From an uncultured Lachnospiraceae bacterium (GTDB lineage Bacteria > Bacillota > Clostridia > Lachnospirales > Lachnospiraceae): DNA of 34,679 nucleotides. Every line of letters begins with the position of its first letter. The first letter of the stretch is position 1. A program made the translations under genes and the position numbers. Below are positions 33,477-34,679 of the stretch, in pieces. The stretch spans positions 1-34,679 of the forward strand of contig CADCOP010000076.1 in NCBI GenBank assembly GCA_902803065.1, written 5' to 3'. The notes beneath the pieces were generated by a model. It was not told the DNA's origin and searched no databases. It saw only the letters and a list, made by a program, of their open reading frames with translations.

Positions 33477-34679
33477 CATGGCAGCAAAAAAGGGGAGCAC
33501 AGCTGCGGTGAAGCGCTCATCGTCCGCATCCGGTACGACACGCAGGAGCACTTCATCCGGCAAAAAGGCTGCATCTAAAAAAACAAGAACATCGAAGACC
33601 GCAGGCAGACGGTCAGGCTCAGCTTCTTCATCGAACAACGGCAGAAAAGCCCGGGAGAGAGAGCAGATCGATTACGCGATCTACTATGAAGTCATGCTGT
33701 GGATCCTTCTCGCTCTGGCGGCGCTGCTGTTTGTCAGCATGCTCGGCCTGGGCGGCATGGCCGGCCGGAAAGTATCGGGGTTCTTTTTCGGCATGTTTGG
33801 CGTGACAGCCTATGCTTTTCCGTTCCTGATCTTTTTTATCGCGGCTTTTCTGATCGCGAATACCGGAAGCATCATTGCCAGGATCAAATCGTTCGCGCTC
33901 AGCGTTCTGTACCTGCTTATGTGCGGATACATGCAGCTGATCCTGGTCGGATACAAGAGCGGCTACAGGATGACCGAGTATTATGATGCCGGTGTCCAGT
34001 ACCATACAGGAGGAGGCCTGATCGGAGGCGGCATGGTGGCTCTCATGAGTCCGTATCTCGGCATAGCCGGGTGTACCGTTATCCTGATCATCCTGACGAT
34101 CATCTGCCTTGTTCTGATCAGCCAGAAGTCGTTTCTGCGGATCATGGGCAGGCGCGGTTCCAGGATCATGGGAAAGGCCAGAGAGAACAGGGAAAAGCGC
34201 AGGGAATGGGCAAGGGCCCAGACGGCAGTCAGGGAGCGCAGGCGTGAGGAAGAGGCAGCTGCTGCAGCTGCTCAGGAAGAGCCTCTCGCGGAAGATGATG
34301 TCCTTCCTGTCACATTCTCTATTCTGCCTAAGGATGGATCCCGCAGAAGGTCTTCGAGCCGGTATGCTGCGAAAACAGATGAAGCCGGCGGGCAGAAAGG
34401 CGGACAGGCAAAGCTTTCTCCCTTCCAGATGTTCTCTGTTCCTTCGGATGAAGCTGCGGAAGATGTTCCGGTCGCGGCAGGTTCCGAGCCGGCAGCTATG
34501 GGACAGCTGCGTCTGGGCGCGGAGAAGCGTACGGGCGGCAAGGGCGCCGCAAAGCTGAAGACATTTTCCGAGACCGGAATGGGAAAGGTCCTTCCGGAAG
34601 AAGATGACGACGGTGAGATTGAGATCCATGGAATGACTTTAAGCGCAGACCAGCCGGAAGAGACGGATAATGATACTGC
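33477..34679 (+). CDS. ftsK: FtsK/SpoIIIE-type DNA translocase, 5' part only (basic N-tail, 4-TM domain, low-complexity linker); continues beyond the window
   Basis: The frame is open from ATG 33477 (GTGAGG RBS) to the window end, 401 codons, and is absent from the ORF track because it has no stop. MAAKKGSTAAVKRSSS... basic tail, then TM segments VMLWILLALAALLFVSMLGLGGMAGRKVSGFFFGMFGVTAYAFPFLIFFIAAF typical of the FtsK_4TM region, then a charged Ala/Glu/Arg linker. The motor domain is not visible, so the call rests on architecture alone. Confidence 0.7.

Noticed and set aside
33628-34629. 333-aa minus-strand ORF
   Set aside because: It is antisense to the open ftsK-like frame. Its composition (Arg/Ser/Cys/Pro/Gln-rich, no motifs, no RBS) is typical of a shadow ORF in GC-rich, codon-biased coding sequence.
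1-34679. Search for mobile-element or defence-island hallmarks (integrase, transposase, tRNA attachment site, long direct or inverted terminal repeats, CRISPR, restriction-modification, toxin-antitoxin pairs)
   Set aside because: I recognised none. The window reads as core chromosome, with only the 17.0-23.8 kb segment looking accessory-like. Claims of a novel system are therefore kept at moderate interest.

Overview
This 34.7-kb window looks like ordinary chromosome from a Firmicutes/Clostridia-type bacterium. That guess rests on gene content (RecU, HisZ, Rex, an LtaS-family protein, UppP), about 50% GC and Gram-positive-style GGAGG ribosome-binding sites. I call 33 protein genes plus one apparently frameshifted small ORF. 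All but three are on the + strand, and many are joined by ATGA/TGATG start-stop overlaps.

Gene order:
- recG; a Lys/Ala-rich small protein; a methylglyoxal-synthase-like gene on the minus strand.
- rsmD-coaD-coiled-coil protein; an RsuA-family pseudouridine synthase; ygiQ radical SAM.
- A membrane protein coupled to an RluA-family synthase; recU.
- hisZ-hisG-hisD-hisB-hisI.
- An LtaS-family membrane sulfatase-fold protein.
- A cobalamin riboswitch followed by an exported CbiK-like lipoprotein, a secreted tandem-domain protein and a FecCD/BtuCD-like permease and ATPase.
- A minus-strand HAD-nucleotidase/guanylate-kinase-like fusion, divergent from a Fic-fold protein with a degenerate active site.
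- A B12-binding-type radical SAM protein, its DUF2344-type partner and RNase G.
- rex; alr; a CNNM/TlyC-type protein; yebC; a hypothetical; uppP; and the 5' part of ftsK, which runs off the window and is missing from the ORF track.

I found no rRNA, tRNA, CRISPR array, transposase or integrase.

The best candidate for something undescribed is the riboswitch-controlled transporter locus at about 17.0-21.5 kb. It has no canonical BtuF-type binding protein and instead encodes an exported chelatase-fold lipoprotein and a duplicated-domain secreted protein. Second is the neighbouring divergent pair of apparently degenerate enzymes at 21.5-23.8 kb.

All product calls come from motif and sequence recognition by eye. 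No database search was possible, so family names should be confirmed with profile searches.
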